Assembly (NCBI GenBank): GCA_963810275.1
Contig: CAWENF010000012.1
Location: 1-15,357, forward strand
From: an uncultured archaeon
Lineage (GTDB): Archaea > Thermoproteota > Bathyarchaeia > Bathyarchaeales > Bathycorpusculaceae
Length of the DNA stretch: 15,357 nt
Direction: 5' to 3'
This document shows, one piece after another, positions 15,278 through 15,357 of the stretch. Both the position numbers and the translations under genes were made by a program. Position 1 is the stretch's first letter; each line of letters opens with the position of its first letter. The notes under the pieces are model-generated. The model made no database searches, was not told the origin of the DNA, and worked only from the letters and a program-made list of their open reading frames with translations.

Positions 15278-15357
15278 CACCTCAGCCGGTTTAGTTGTTT
15301 CCAGCCGAGATTAGCTTGGCTTCGTTATTGTCATGTCAAACACCTTTATTTGCGTTT

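Noticed and set aside
1-15357. CRISPR array, transposase, integrase or intein
   Set aside because: No regularly spaced repeats or recombinase motifs were seen, and the core proteins are of normal length.

Overview
Archaeal genomic window. The gene set (GatDE, archaeal TyrRS, Elp3, rpS30e, HdrA-MvhD) together with TATA-box promoters, oligo-T terminators and frequent TTG starts suggests a TACK archaeon, probably Bathyarchaeia (inference). From left to right: three minus-strand hypothetical or membrane genes; an elp3-gatD-gatE tRNA-enzyme operon; rpS30e, which the ORF track missed; a divergent two-gene operon encoding a six-cluster polyferredoxin and an HdrA-MvhD fusion, with no HdrBC or MvhAG in the window; a decayed molybdopterin oxidoreductase pseudogene; a tyrS-TOPRIM gene pair; an AT-rich orphan gene; a D-2-hydroxyacid dehydrogenase; a YdeI/OmdA-family pseudogene with several lesions; and tRNA-His(GUG) with encoded G-1 and CCA. 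The most interesting element is a ~200-nt GC-rich intergenic segment at about 13250-13450 (minus strand). It has its own TATA box and a pyrimidine-rich 3' end, folds by hand into a multi-helix RNA, carries three ACCCAA repeats, and matches no RNA family I recognise.
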